64,000 nt of DNA from Halodesulfurarchaeum sp. (GCA_034520565.1 JAXHNL010000002.1:960001-1024000), one strand, 5' to 3'. Counted from the stretch's first letter, positions 1-10,742 are shown. Translations and numbers: made by a program. The notes: a model not told the origin generated them from the letters alone.

Positions 1-196
1 GGCTGCCGGTTGCTTGCCAATCGCGATGGTGGATCGTCTCAGTCGAAGACGTGGGTCCGGGCCATGACCGGACCGTCGGACCGCTCGCCGATCCCCGAGA
101 CGGCGATTCCGCCGTCTCGGGCTCGAGTTCTCCGTAAAATCGGTCAGTTCGTCCAATCGACCCAATGGCGATTCTCTGCACGAAACATAACCGGAT

Positions 197-1144
197 CTAT
201 CCGCGTCTCTCCGTCGCGTGTGTCCGCACCCACAACTCGCCGATCCGGGACAGCCGGATCCGGTATGACTTGCCCTCGGCCTTCCGCTCGATGTACCCGA
301 CCTCACCCGGGCCGAGCCGGTCCACGTTGTAGATGACTTTCGAACGGAAACTGTCGGTGTACTCCTCTTCGAGGTCTGCGGCGAGGGTTTCGGCGAGGTC
401 GCTGATCGAGGCGAACTCGCCGTGTTCGCCGAGGGTGAACAGGATCAGCTCCTCGAAGGGTTTGACGTTGGAGAAGGGGGCGACGGGCAATTCCTTGACG
501 TGACTGCCGTCGATCTCCTTCGTGCCGATCGTGGTGCCCCGCTCGTCGAACTCCGCTCGAAGGGCCCGGGCGGATTTGAGACGCTCGTCGATCCGATCGG
601 GATCGATTCGAACGGTCCCTTCGGTATCCATCTCCTCCCGGAGGGCCTCGAGCAGGTCGATTTCGGCCCGGAGTTCCTCGGCGAGTTCGGTCTCGAGGTA
701 CTTCTCGGGGGCGGTGTAGTAGGTGTGAATCCGGTCGCGGTCGGCCTCGCGTTCGACCATCACCGAGTGGGCGGCGGTGGCGAAGGCGAAACTCACCGGT
801 CGGGGCATCGAGGAGACGTTCACCCACACCTCACGGCCCGCCTCGAGCTCCGCGGTGATCGCCGCGAAGGCCACCTCGAAGGCCGTGTCGTAGTCGTACA
901 CGTCCTCGATCGTCATGCGCTCGGTCCGCGCCCCGAGGAGGTTCTCGAAGTCCGCCTCGAGTTTGCCGGCCAGTCGCTTGGAGTACTCCACGTTGCCCTC
1001 GCTCCCGACGGCCCCCTGGAGGAGGACGACCCGGTCGACCGGGAGCTGGTCCCGGACCAGCGGGGCTATCAGTCGGTCGTAATCGAAGCCGACGGGAACG
1101 ATGTGGGTCTGCGGTCTCGCGGCGTCGGGTTGCTCCTCGGTCAT
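197..1144 (-). CDS. HFX_2341/DUF6293-family transcriptional regulator (CARF-like N-terminus + wHTH), host copy
   Basis: Real start MTEEQ at ATG 1144, overlapping the upstream TGA; THIVPVGFDYDRL, VWVNVSSMPR, HTYYTAPEKY motifs; C-terminal wHTH (FRSKVIYNV...LSRIGELW). Confidence 0.85.
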   Translation of the reverse strand: MTEEQPDAARPQTHIVPVGFDYDRLIAPLVRDQLPVDRVVLLQGAVGSEGNVEYSKRLAGKLEADFENLLGARTERMTIEDVYDYDTAFEVAFAAITAELEAGREVWVNVSSMPRPVSFAFATAAHSVMVEREADRDRIHTYYTAPEKYLETELAEELRAEIDLLEALREEMDTEGTVRIDPDRIDERLKSARALRAEFDERGTTIGTKEIDGSHVKELPVAPFSNVKPFEELILFTLGEHGEFASISDLAETLAADLEEEYTDSFRSKVIYNVDRLGPGEVGYIERKAEGKSYRIRLSRIGELWVRTHATERRG

Positions 1145-2667
1145 CACTCGCGCACCTCGATCAGGTCCGGATCGGCCCCCGGGGCCGGCTTCGAGTGCCG
1201 GGAGGCGACGACAGTGACGACCGTCCCGAGCAGGATCGTGTACAGGGAGATTCCCCACCCGAAGTAGCTCGTCGCGAAGAGGGACACCCCGGAGACTGTC
1301 GTTTCCGGGAGGAAGTTGAACGCGAGGTAGAGCCCCTGTGATCCGAGGATGCCGGCGAGTATGCCCGTTCGAGTCGTCCCTCGCCAGTAGAGTGCGAGAA
1401 TCACCGGCCCGGCCAACTGCGCGAATCCGCCGAAGGCGAGGTCGCCGATCTCGACCAACAGCGAGCCGACGGTGGCCGCCCCGATCCCGCCGCCTTCGGC
1501 CCAGAAACTTGCGAGCAGGGCGGCGACCGCGAAGACGACGACCCCGATCCGGCCCAGCCGGTCCTCCCGGCGCTCGGAGAGGTCCCGATCGACAAAGGGT
1601 CTGTAGAGGTCCCGCGTGAAATAGGAGGCACCCGAGAGGAGCATCGAATCCGAGGAGGACATCATCGCCGCGATGGCCCCGGCGATGACGAGCGCGGCGA
1701 ACCACGTCGGGGTGTAAACCTCGAGGACCAGCGGAAGGACACTTTCCCCCGCGGCGACGTCGGCTTCGATCCCGAGCCCGGCAGCCCAGGTGCCAAGCAG
1801 GAACGCGGGGACGAAAAGCAGGAGCACGAGGACCGGCCAGAGGGTAAACGACCGTTTGAGGACCCGCTCGGACTTCGCGGCGAAAAACCGCTGGTTGATC
1901 TGGGGGAACATCGTCACCCCGAGCGCGATCGATATCGCGAACGTGAGCATGAACTGGGGGGTGTACGCCCCGCCACCGAGCGCGAAGAACTCCGGCGCAT
2001 TCGCCTGGATGCCGGCGTTGATCGTTCCGATGCCGCCGTCGACGGCAAGGAGCACCCAGCCGAGGGCCACCCACACGACGCCGAGCATGAAGACTCCCTG
2101 GAGCGTGTCGGTCCAGGCGATACCGCGCATTCCCGCGAGCGTGACGTAGACGATCATGAAGACGGTGATGAGCGTCGCGCCAGCCCAGAAGGGTACGGCG
2201 CCCTCGGTCAGCCCGGCAATGGCCGCCCCGGCACCGATCTGCTGGAGCATCACGTAGGGAAACAGCCAGAAGAGGGAGATGGCGGCGACCAGGCCGCGAA
2301 GGCCGCGGGAGTTGAATCGGTCATCCAGCAGTTCGCCGAGGGTCACGTATCCGGAGCGCTGGCCCATGAGCCACTGCTTGTACCCGACCAGGTACCACAG
2401 GACGGCGAAGATGAGTCCGTCCATCAGCCCCATCACGAGGATCCACTCCGGGCCGAGCGAGAACGCGGTGTCCGGCCCGCCGAAGAACGTGAACGCCGAG
2501 AGCAACGTCGCAAAGACCGTAAAGAGCAGGACGACCGTCCCGAAACTCCGGCTCGCGAGGTAGAAGTCCTCCGCCGTCCGCTCGGTCACGCGATAGGCGA
2601 CGAGCCCGACGCCGAGCGCGAGGAGGAGATAGCCGACGATGATCCCGAGCTGGAGTCCCACACTCAT
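1144..2667 (-). CDS. Sodium:solute symporter (SSS) family protein
   Basis: Polytopic membrane protein with EDFYLASRS, ATLLSAFTFFG, GMRGIAWTDTLQG and AAMMSSSDS motifs. Confidence 0.92.
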   Translation of the reverse strand: MSVGLQLGIIVGYLLLALGVGLVAYRVTERTAEDFYLASRSFGTVVLLFTVFATLLSAFTFFGGPDTAFSLGPEWILVMGLMDGLIFAVLWYLVGYKQWLMGQRSGYVTLGELLDDRFNSRGLRGLVAAISLFWLFPYVMLQQIGAGAAIAGLTEGAVPFWAGATLITVFMIVYVTLAGMRGIAWTDTLQGVFMLGVVWVALGWVLLAVDGGIGTINAGIQANAPEFFALGGGAYTPQFMLTFAISIALGVTMFPQINQRFFAAKSERVLKRSFTLWPVLVLLLFVPAFLLGTWAAGLGIEADVAAGESVLPLVLEVYTPTWFAALVIAGAIAAMMSSSDSMLLSGASYFTRDLYRPFVDRDLSERREDRLGRIGVVVFAVAALLASFWAEGGGIGAATVGSLLVEIGDLAFGGFAQLAGPVILALYWRGTTRTGILAGILGSQGLYLAFNFLPETTVSGVSLFATSYFGWGISLYTILLGTVVTVVASRHSKPAPGADPDLIEVRE

Positions 2668-2909
2668 TGGCGATCACCACTGTGTCCGTCATCGTGGGTC
2701 GGGGCTGGTCGATCCGTGATCCAGAGCCCCCATGCACGAGTGGCGAAGACCCGGAAGACGATTGCGGCGAATCCCAGCCACGCGATATGCCACCACAGCC
2801 AGATGGGGAGGCCGGCGACCACCCGCTGGGACCCCCAGAGGAACCAGGGGATTGCCAGCCCGACGAGCCCGAGAAAGGTGAGTGCCCAGCCGATCGATCG
2901 ACGGTCCAT
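2664..2909 (-). CDS. Small 2-TM SSS-associated membrane protein (DUF3311-like)
   Basis: IPWFLW...GLPIWLWWH pattern; 4-nt overlap with the symporter start. Confidence 0.8.
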   Translation of the reverse strand: MDRRSIGWALTFLGLVGLAIPWFLWGSQRVVAGLPIWLWWHIAWLGFAAIVFRVFATRAWGLWITDRPAPTHDDGHSGDRQ

Positions 2910-3529
2910 TGGTACGTAAACGAGATTCGATCGACTAATAGTCTGTCGATTCGCATTCGATAGCCACTATTGAAGAAAATAACTCTTCAATAAGGCCGCC
3001 TTTGGAATGAGAATCAGTCCGGCGGCTCCGGTCCCGGGGCTGCTCTGAAGGCCTTCTTTAGGGATCACCTCGGTCAACGAAGTCATCGGTCCTGGGGATC
3101 CTCGGTGCCGCAGGGTCGAAACACAGTCAAACGGGGTCTCGATGGGGCCGGGGGAGATCGTCAACACGACTGGTCGGGGAACAGCCTGACCGATCGGTCC
3201 ACGGACTGATGGTCGTCGAAATCTTCGATCGCCGCCCTGTGTGCCGACCCCGTTTCCGGGGAACTCGTGGTGGGAACGGAGCAGCGAGTAGTTCCGGACC
3301 CTCGCTTTCCACGAGGGCGGATCGTCACTGTGACGGGACGATCTCGAACACCCGAATACCGGAATAGCGGCAACGCGAAAATTTAAGCCCACCCCAAATA
3401 ATGGGGAAGTATGTCGACGCCGTCGAGGATGAATCTAGGGGATGGAGATGGGATTCATTCTCGAAAACCCTCCACATTGGGATCATCGAAATGGACACCT
3501 TTTTCCGCGCGCTTTGGTAACCAACCACT

Positions 3530-4258
3530 ATGACCACCGGACCAGACACGTCCTCGGAAGCGGCCGATGACAGCTGGTCCGAAAGCGGGGCATCGCTATC
3601 GGTGGACCGGCAGGGATTGACGGCGACGTTCGTCATCGAGACGGACAAGCCCTGTCCCGCACTCGAACTTCGAGGCGACAGGGCCGGAGGAACGATACGG
3701 ATGGAATCGCTGGAGGGCCAAGAATGCGTCCTCGAAATCGCGACGGACGACCTCGACGAGGCGTGTGATCTCGTCAAAACGATGGGGGGCTCGTGTAATT
3801 GTGACTCGGAACGGGAAGGGGATCTGCCGGAGGATGGCGTTCTCAAGATCACACACGACCGGCGCCATCACTGCATCTGTGACGTATTCGAGAGTTACGG
3901 ACACTACCCGAAGCTTCGAACGACCGCCAACAAGTCCCTGCAAATGGAGGTAAAACTCGCGGATCGGGACACTCTCCCTTCGCTGGTCGAAGACCTCAAC
4001 AGGGCCGCCGAGTCCGTTCGTCTCGCGGATCTGACGAGTGCCAAACCGGAGCACTCGGAGGACGTCACGCTCGATTTGAGTGTCCTGACCGAGCGCCAGC
4101 GGGATTTCTTCCGACGGGCCGTCGAGGAAGGACTCTTCGAGGACCCGCGACGCATAACGGTTCGAGAACTGGCCGAGAAACTCGACATCTCGGCCTCGGC
4201 AGCCTCCAGGCGGCTCCGACGCATCCAGACGAAGCTCTTCTCGCAGTTCGAACTGTAA
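3530..4258 (+). CDS. DmsR/Bat-like HTH_10 transcriptional activator
   Basis: C-terminal LTERQ...GLFEDPRRITVRELAEKLDISASAASRRL; Cys-rich N-terminus (CNC, HHCIC); upstream of the Mo-enzyme operon. Confidence 0.85.
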   Translation: MTTGPDTSSEAADDSWSESGASLSVDRQGLTATFVIETDKPCPALELRGDRAGGTIRMESLEGQECVLEIATDDLDEACDLVKTMGGSCNCDSEREGDLPEDGVLKITHDRRHHCICDVFESYGHYPKLRTTANKSLQMEVKLADRDTLPSLVEDLNRAAESVRLADLTSAKPEHSEDVTLDLSVLTERQRDFFRRAVEEGLFEDPRRITVRELAEKLDISASAASRRLRRIQTKLFSQFEL

Positions 4259-4908
4259 GGAAATCAAACATCACTTCGACGGCGGAACGAGGCCCGGTAT
4301 CACTGTCTTCGGTTCAAGAACCCCTCAACGTGTTGAGTCCATAGTTTTCCCCCCATCTTGGCAATATAGGGATAGTGCGTATCCCGACTGAGGACACTCC
4401 CTCCACGAACGCCCCGCCGGTCGAACCAGGGAGCCACAGGTTTCTCGAACCCACCGCAATTCATCAGTTTCAGGGTTTCGGACACACGGGTGCAACGCCC
4501 TCGAAACACGGTGCACTTTCGGCCTCGAACGGAGGTCTCCGATGAGTCGGACAGGGCCGGACCACCGGAAGTTCCAGTTCAACTGCCCGCGCTGTGATTT
4601 CGTGACGATCGTCGATACGGGCGTCAGGGAGGACATGCTGGCGGCAGGATGTTATCTCTGTGGTGCAGCCGTCAAAGCCCAGCAGTTCACCCCGGTTCCT
4701 CCGTAACTGCTATTCGGCTTCGTCGAGTCGATTCCTCGGGAAGAGCCGCCGAAAACGAACGGGATGGTGGGTACCGTTGAGCCATTTCTCCGTGCCTGGC
4801 ATTCGGATTCACAACCTGGCTTTGCAACCTTTACTTAAACCGGTTCAAATGTGCGCCTCCCCCCTTACCCGCCTCTAGCAATTACACATCTCTACAGGGG
4901 ATTATACC

Positions 4909-5151
4909 GTGTACAACCAAGGCGAGCCACACGCCATCAGGGAGGACGACTTGGCCAAGAAGGCCGAGGACGTTCTCGAGGACGTACCGTTCGACACTGA
5001 CCTCGGGGAACGACTCGCGAGAGACGCCCAGCGGGTTACTCGGGGCGAACTGTCCCGTGAGGAGTTCCACCGGATACACCACAAGGCAGTGATGGAGGAA
5101 TTCGGCATGGACGAGCGAGCGACGAAACCGGAGGGGTTCGACGATGAGTGA
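4909..5151 (+). CDS. DmsE-like small protein of haloarchaeal Mo-reductase operons
   Basis: FDTDLGERLARDAQRV.RGELSREEFH...EEFG pattern; overlaps the catalytic subunit start. Confidence 0.75.
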   Translation: MYNQGEPHAIREDDLAKKAEDVLEDVPFDTDLGERLARDAQRVTRGELSREEFHRIHHKAVMEEFGMDERATKPEGFDDE

Positions 5152-7930
5152 GGAGGACGATACCGGACTCGACCTCACCCGACGTGACGCGATGAAGGCC
5201 GGTGGGGTGGCCGCTGCCGGGCTGGGTCTCGGTGGTGCGTCGTCGAAGCTCGGCATCTTGGACGCCGAGGCACAATCGACTCTCGAAGAGGAGACCGTCA
5301 ATACGGCCTGCTGGATCGGCAAGATGGACTGTGCGATGGAGGCCCACAAGGTTGGCGATCGGGTCGTCCAGTTCACTGGTCACCCTGACGATCCGCGAAC
5401 GGGGGGCGGGATTTGCCCGAAGGGCCAGGCACAGATCGCGCAGGTCTACAACCCATACCGCATCAAAGCGCCGTTGAAGCGCACGAACGAGAAGGGACAG
5501 CTCGGCGAGTGGGAGGAGATCTCCTGGGACCAGGCGATGGAGGAGATCGGCGCAGACCTCAAAGAGAAACTTCAGGACGACCCCAAGCGCGTCGTCTTCC
5601 AGGTCGGCCGGAAGAAATCGCCGCAGTGGCAGGAAGACGCCTGGGTGACCGGGACGAGCAACAAGTACGGCTCGATGGAGAAGTACGGACACGGGGCGAC
5701 GTGTTCGGACTCCGGCTACCGCGGGCAGGAGCTCACGTTTGGAACTCACGGGGTCTCCGAGACCGACTTCCGGAACTGCGAGATGATGATCGCGTGGGGG
5801 CACAACATCACCCGGGGTGGCGGTGCCCACCACTGTGCGCTGACCTGGCCGCGCCAGATCTCCGAGGCACGTGACGACCAGGGAATGAAGGTCGTCTCGG
5901 TCGACCCCCAGCGACGCTCCGCGGGCTCGTACGCTGACAAGTGGCTCCCGATCGAGCCCTCGACGGACCTCGCGTTCTGGAGCGCGTTCAACCACGTGCT
6001 CGTCCGCGAGGGGTACATCGACGAGATGTATCTCACCCGATCGACGAACGCACCGTGTCTCGTCGCGACCGAGGGCGAGAACGAAGGGGAGATCCTCCGC
6101 GCCGAAGACGCGGAAGATCCCGCAGAATCGTGGAAGTGGCCCCGCGGCGAACTCGTCTGGGACCAGAAAGCTGGCGAGCCTGTTCCCCAGGAAGAGGCGT
6201 CGGCACCGGAGAACATCGCCCTCGAAGGGACCTACGAGGTCGACGGCGTGGAGGCGAAACCCGCCTTCCAGCTGTACACGGAGCACATCGAACAGTACGA
6301 CCCCGAATGGGCGGAGTCCATCGTCAACCGCACGGACCTCGATGGGACGCCCGGAATCACCGCCGAAGACATCGAAGACCTCGCGATTGAGTGGGGTGAG
6401 ACCGCACAGATCGGTGCCACCGTCGAGATCAACGGCGAGGAGCTCCCGTATCGGCCCGTTGGGATCCACGGCTACCACGTCGCACAGGAAGAACAGGGCG
6501 TCATGGCGACTATCGCCCAGTATCACGCCGCCATGCTCGTTGGCGCGGTCGACGCGGTCGGCTCGACGCGCATCCGGAAAGGAAAGGACGACGGCCCCTC
6601 CGATTACCGTGCGGGCTTCCGCGATCTGGCGTACAACCCCGAGAAGATCACGCCGGAGCCGAGTGGTCCATCGCTCGGCGGGAGCATGTTCCATCCGATC
6701 GACTCTGGTGGGTACACGCAGACACCCGTCAGCCTCAACAATCCCGAGAAGTACAATCTCCCCTACGAACCCGAGGAGATGGCGTTCGTCGTCCAGATGG
6801 CGAACCCGGTGATGCAGGGGCCGAACACGCAATCCCAGATCGAGGCATACAGCAAACTCGACACGGTCGTCGTCGTGGATCCGTGGATGAGTGCCACTGC
6901 CGACGTGGGTGCGGATTACGTGCTTCCGGCGGCGACGGCGGACAAACTCCAGGGCCCGACTGGCGGTAACGACGGCTACGCGGACATCAGCCACATCCGG
7001 TTCCCGGCGATGGAACCGATGTGGAACTCGCTCCCGGACGCAGAGATCTTCATCAAGATGGCCGAGGCCGTCGACGCGAAGGAGGAGTACCTCGCCGACA
7101 TCAACGACGAACTCGGCATCGACGGGACCGAATACGCGTTCGATCCCGTCGAGGACCAGGATTACTTCGACGACCCATCGGCGTTCCTCGAGGAAGGGTT
7201 GGATCGCTGGGCGCAGAACAAAGGAAAGAGCCTCGACTGGTTCCGCGAGAACGTGATGGTCGAGGAACACGATGTCGGCAGCGGCGTCCGCTACGCCTAC
7301 ACTTGGGGCGACCGTGACGAGTGGGGCGAGTTCAACCCCTACGCCGTCAAGCACGACTTCTACAGCGAGACGCTCCTGAAGATGGGCGAGCGCGTTGAGG
7401 AACTCATGGAACAGGAAGGCTTCGACCCGGTGGAAGACTTCCCGTACGTGCAGGACTACAACGCCTTCCCCACGTGGCGGGACCCCACGATGTGGGACTC
7501 CATCGACGAGGGGTACGACCTCTCGATGATCAGTGCTCACCCGATCGAGCACAAACAGTCGCGGTCGTCGAACAACGAACTCTTGAACGAGATCCATCCC
7601 CGCAGTCACGTGCGGATGAACGCCCAGGACGCCGCCGAACGCGGCATCGAAGACGGCGACGAGGTCGTCGTCACGAGCCACAACGCACAGACGGGTGAAG
7701 TGGTCAATGATGTGGAGGGCGTCGCGATGGTGATGGAAGGCATGAAACCGGGCGTCATCGACGTTCCTGCCCACCACGGCCAGTTCAAGGATCCCGTGAG
7801 CGAAGCCCTCGACGAGGGACCGAACATCAACTCGGCGTTCCCGAACGGACCCGGATACCTCGGTTTCGACAACGGGCACGCCTTCCACGTGATGACGAAG
7901 GTCGAGAAGAAGGGGGGTGACAGCGAATGA
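5144..7930 (+). CDS. Tat-exported molybdopterin oxidoreductase catalytic subunit (DMSO reductase superfamily)
   Basis: Tat motif TRRDAMK; CWIGKMDC...ICPKG; YNPYRIKAPLKR; ISWDQA; ADYVLPAAT; C-terminal MNAQDAAERGIEDGDEV. Confidence 0.93.
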   Translation: MSEEDDTGLDLTRRDAMKAGGVAAAGLGLGGASSKLGILDAEAQSTLEEETVNTACWIGKMDCAMEAHKVGDRVVQFTGHPDDPRTGGGICPKGQAQIAQVYNPYRIKAPLKRTNEKGQLGEWEEISWDQAMEEIGADLKEKLQDDPKRVVFQVGRKKSPQWQEDAWVTGTSNKYGSMEKYGHGATCSDSGYRGQELTFGTHGVSETDFRNCEMMIAWGHNITRGGGAHHCALTWPRQISEARDDQGMKVVSVDPQRRSAGSYADKWLPIEPSTDLAFWSAFNHVLVREGYIDEMYLTRSTNAPCLVATEGENEGEILRAEDAEDPAESWKWPRGELVWDQKAGEPVPQEEASAPENIALEGTYEVDGVEAKPAFQLYTEHIEQYDPEWAESIVNRTDLDGTPGITAEDIEDLAIEWGETAQIGATVEINGEELPYRPVGIHGYHVAQEEQGVMATIAQYHAAMLVGAVDAVGSTRIRKGKDDGPSDYRAGFRDLAYNPEKITPEPSGPSLGGSMFHPIDSGGYTQTPVSLNNPEKYNLPYEPEEMAFVVQMANPVMQGPNTQSQIEAYSKLDTVVVVDPWMSATADVGADYVLPAATADKLQGPTGGNDGYADISHIRFPAMEPMWNSLPDAEIFIKMAEAVDAKEEYLADINDELGIDGTEYAFDPVEDQDYFDDPSAFLEEGLDRWAQNKGKSLDWFRENVMVEEHDVGSGVRYAYTWGDRDEWGEFNPYAVKHDFYSETLLKMGERVEELMEQEGFDPVEDFPYVQDYNAFPTWRDPTMWDSIDEGYDLSMISAHPIEHKQSRSSNNELLNEIHPRSHVRMNAQDAAERGIEDGDEVVVTSHNAQTGEVVNDVEGVAMVMEGMKPGVIDVPAHHGQFKDPVSEALDEGPNINSAFPNGPGYLGFDNGHAFHVMTKVEKKGGDSE

Positions 7931-8772
7931 CACAGCTCGGAATGGTCATCGACACGGACTCCTGTTTCGGCTGTCGGGCGTGTCAGGAGGCCTGTAAGGT
8001 CGAGAACAACACCCCGCGCGGGGCGTTCTGGATGCACGTCTTCCGGTACGAGGAGGGCGAGTATCCCGACGTCGACCAGGGCTTTATGCCCCGTCCGTGC
8101 CAGCACTGCTCGGAGCCCTGGTGTGCGAACGTCTGTCCCACCGGTGCGCGGTTCAAGCGCGAGGAAGACGGCATCGTCCTCACGGACTACGACCGGTGTA
8201 TCGGCTGTCGGTACTGCGAGGTCGGCTGTCCCTACGGGGTCAACTACGCGCAGTTCCAGAACGCCGAGAAGGCCCAGTACGGAGTCCCGAACGATACGCC
8301 CCCCGGAGACGGGCACTGGTCGGTCGACCAGGAGTCCGATAAGGTCGACGAGAAAACGCCGTGGCGCAATCCCGTGCACGACGAACCCATCGCCCCGCGC
8401 AACAATCACGCGTCGGGTCCCCAGCCCACCGGCGTCATGAGCAAGTGTACGTTCTGTGTCCACCGGCAGGACTCCGAGGATAAACAGGGAACGACCGCCT
8501 GTGCGGAGACCTGTGCCGCCGATGCGATCAAGTTCGGCGACATGGACGACCCGAACAGCGAACCGAGGAAGTACCTGCGGGAGAATCAGGGAAAATCCCG
8601 GTTCAAACTCCTCGAGGACCGGGGGACAGAGCCGAACATCGTCTATCTGGGACACGAGCCGTCGAAAGAGGCCCGCCCGATCGAGGACTCTGACACGTTC
8701 AAAGACCCGGAAGAAGCGATCGAGATCGAACAGCATCCGCCCGACTCACGCGAGACGGAGGTGGGTCAATGA
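7927..8772 (+). CDS. 4Fe-4S electron-transfer subunit (DmsB/PsrB-like)
   Basis: CFGCRACQEAC, CQHCSEPWCANVCP, CIGCRYCEVGCP, KCTFC...CAETC. Confidence 0.93.
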   Translation: MTQLGMVIDTDSCFGCRACQEACKVENNTPRGAFWMHVFRYEEGEYPDVDQGFMPRPCQHCSEPWCANVCPTGARFKREEDGIVLTDYDRCIGCRYCEVGCPYGVNYAQFQNAEKAQYGVPNDTPPGDGHWSVDQESDKVDEKTPWRNPVHDEPIAPRNNHASGPQPTGVMSKCTFCVHRQDSEDKQGTTACAETCAADAIKFGDMDDPNSEPRKYLRENQGKSRFKLLEDRGTEPNIVYLGHEPSKEARPIEDSDTFKDPEEAIEIEQHPPDSRETEVGQ

Positions 8773-10058
8773 GCACTCAAACGCCCGCGGAGATGGAGAA
8801 GTTCCTCGTCCTGCTCGACCGACCGAGCGGACGGTTCCTGGGCGCAATGCTCCTCGCGGCGATCGTGGCGATTGCCGGCATCGCCGTGTGGCTCATGGAA
8901 GTCAGCGGTGCACACCTCTCGAACCTCGGCAACTGGGGGACTGCCGGCCAGGTGCCGTGGGGACTGGACATCGGCGTTTTCGACTGGTGGACCGGAATGG
9001 CCATCGGGGCGTTGGTGCTTTCGGGACTGATCCGGATCCTCCGTGCGGACGGATACCTTGGATTCGCCCGAATCGCCGAATTCCTCGCACCGCTCGGGTT
9101 CCTCGGTGGATTCCTGCATATCCTCTTCGACATGGGACGACCCGCACGCGTCTTGAACACGGTCATCCACGTCCAGGTCCAGTCACCGCTGTTCTGGGAC
9201 ATCGTCCTCATCGGCGGTCTCGTCGTGCTCTCTCTGGTGTACCTGTTTGCAACCGTCCGTCAGGATCTCGGCCATCTCGTCGCTGACGGCGTCCTCGAGG
9301 ATAGCGGCCTCCACGGGCTGCTCGCCGGATCCGGATCGAAGACGGACGGGGGACGGATCGTCTGGTGGTTGGCTGCGATTATCCTGGCGTTCATTCCGGT
9401 GGTTGGCGGTGGTCTGGTCCCATGGGTCTGGAGCCAAATCGGGATGAGCATGAACTGGTTCGGTGCGGTCCAGGGACCGACCTTCCTGCTCATGAGTCTG
9501 GCAACGGGATTCACCGCCGTCCTGTTCGTCGGAAGCGTGCTCCGGGCCATCTACGGGTGGTCGGACGTCTTCTCGAACCAGCGGCTCATGTTGTTGGGTG
9601 GGGTTACCGCAGGCGTGGGCTTTTTCTACCTCGTCGCGACGCTGTTCGAGATCCAGAGTGGTTCGTTCGCGCCAGTCATGGCCCCACCGGACATCGGAAC
9701 ACTCCTGGTCCCACACGGGGCCGGTACCATCCTGCTCCTTGCAGTGGTGGCCATCGCCATCCCGGCCATCGTCCTCGGCATGCAGATCGTGTTACAATCG
9801 TTCAACAACACGACCACACTCGTCGCGACCCTGATCTTGCTCCTGGGAGTGCTCTCCATGGAGGCCATTCTCGTGGTCGTTGGCCTGTCCCACTCCGAGC
9901 TGCTGTACCCCGTCGGGGAATACGTCCCGTCGCTCGCCGAGTGGGTCCGGGTCGCAGGCACCATCTCGCTCGTGGCCTTCGGGTTCATGGTACTTTCGGC
10001 ACTGCTCCCGCTGATCCCGATCCGGACAGATATGGCGGCCGAATCCGACTCGAACTGA
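8769..10058 (+). CDS. NrfD/PsrC-family membrane anchor subunit
   Basis: VPWGLDI, DMGRPAR, SPLFWD, YVPSLAEW motifs; polytopic. Confidence 0.9.
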   Translation: MSTQTPAEMEKFLVLLDRPSGRFLGAMLLAAIVAIAGIAVWLMEVSGAHLSNLGNWGTAGQVPWGLDIGVFDWWTGMAIGALVLSGLIRILRADGYLGFARIAEFLAPLGFLGGFLHILFDMGRPARVLNTVIHVQVQSPLFWDIVLIGGLVVLSLVYLFATVRQDLGHLVADGVLEDSGLHGLLAGSGSKTDGGRIVWWLAAIILAFIPVVGGGLVPWVWSQIGMSMNWFGAVQGPTFLLMSLATGFTAVLFVGSVLRAIYGWSDVFSNQRLMLLGGVTAGVGFFYLVATLFEIQSGSFAPVMAPPDIGTLLVPHGAGTILLLAVVAIAIPAIVLGMQIVLQSFNNTTTLVATLILLLGVLSMEAILVVVGLSHSELLYPVGEYVPSLAEWVRVAGTISLVAFGFMVLSALLPLIPIRTDMAAESDSN

Positions 10059-10109
10059 CAACCAGACCAAACGGACTATCGGTCTGGACCGGACTTCACT
10101 AACTACCTG

Positions 10110-10742
10110 ATGGCAGAAATGAGCGAAGACGAAACAGGGCGCGTGTACCGCATTCTGGCAGCGGCGTATCTGGAGCCCCCGACCGAAGAGTGGGTATCGG
10201 ACATGAGCCGGTGGGCCGAATCGTGGCTCGAATCGGATGCCGATTCGCTCACCGCCGACGTAGCCGGGCCGCTCGAAACGATACGCGAGACGGAATCCGA
10301 CGAAATCGAGACGTTCAACGCGGAGTTTACGCGATTGTTCCGTGGTTCGACGAACCACTCGGCTCCGGATCCACCGTATGAATCACTCTACATGGACGGG
10401 GCGATTTACGGGCAATCGACGACCGCCGTTCGAAACGCCTACAGAAATGCCGGCTTCGACATCGAGGACGAGGACCGTCGGGAGCCTGCAGATCACCTCG
10501 GCATCGAACTGGAATTCCTCGGCGAACTCCGGTCGCGGGAAGCCGCCGGCGACGAGGAGGCTGCCGCGTTACAGCGCGCGTTCATCGACGGACATCTCGG
10601 CCGGTGGATCGGCGACTTCGAGGACGAAGTCATGGCCGCCGATCCCGTGCCGTTCTACGGTGCAGTACTCGAGCTGACGACCTCCCTGATCGAGGCAGAA
10701 TCCCAGCGGCTCGATGGAGTGACTTCGGGAGAGAGCAACTAA
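10110..10742 (+). CDS. TorD/DmsD-family molybdoenzyme chaperone
   Basis: PPYESLY and EPADHLGIELEFL motifs. Confidence 0.92.
   Translation: MAEMSEDETGRVYRILAAAYLEPPTEEWVSDMSRWAESWLESDADSLTADVAGPLETIRETESDEIETFNAEFTRLFRGSTNHSAPDPPYESLYMDGAIYGQSTTAVRNAYRNAGFDIEDEDRREPADHLGIELEFLGELRSREAAGDEEAAALQRAFIDGHLGRWIGDFEDEVMAADPVPFYGAVLELTTSLIEAESQRLDGVTSGESN

Noticed and set aside
197-2074. 625-aa ORF as a fusion protein
   Set aside because: The N-terminal part is an alternate frame of the symporter; the real protein starts at 1144
2960-3400. Short ORFs or possible SDR-like remnant upstream of the DmsR-like gene
   Set aside because: Only isolated words (ISPGPIETP); not supportable
4480-4740. Possible eroded PIN-domain remnant on the minus strand (LPDARIDDRHEITARAVELELPVV)
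   Set aside because: Resemblance too weak, with no start codon or intact frame
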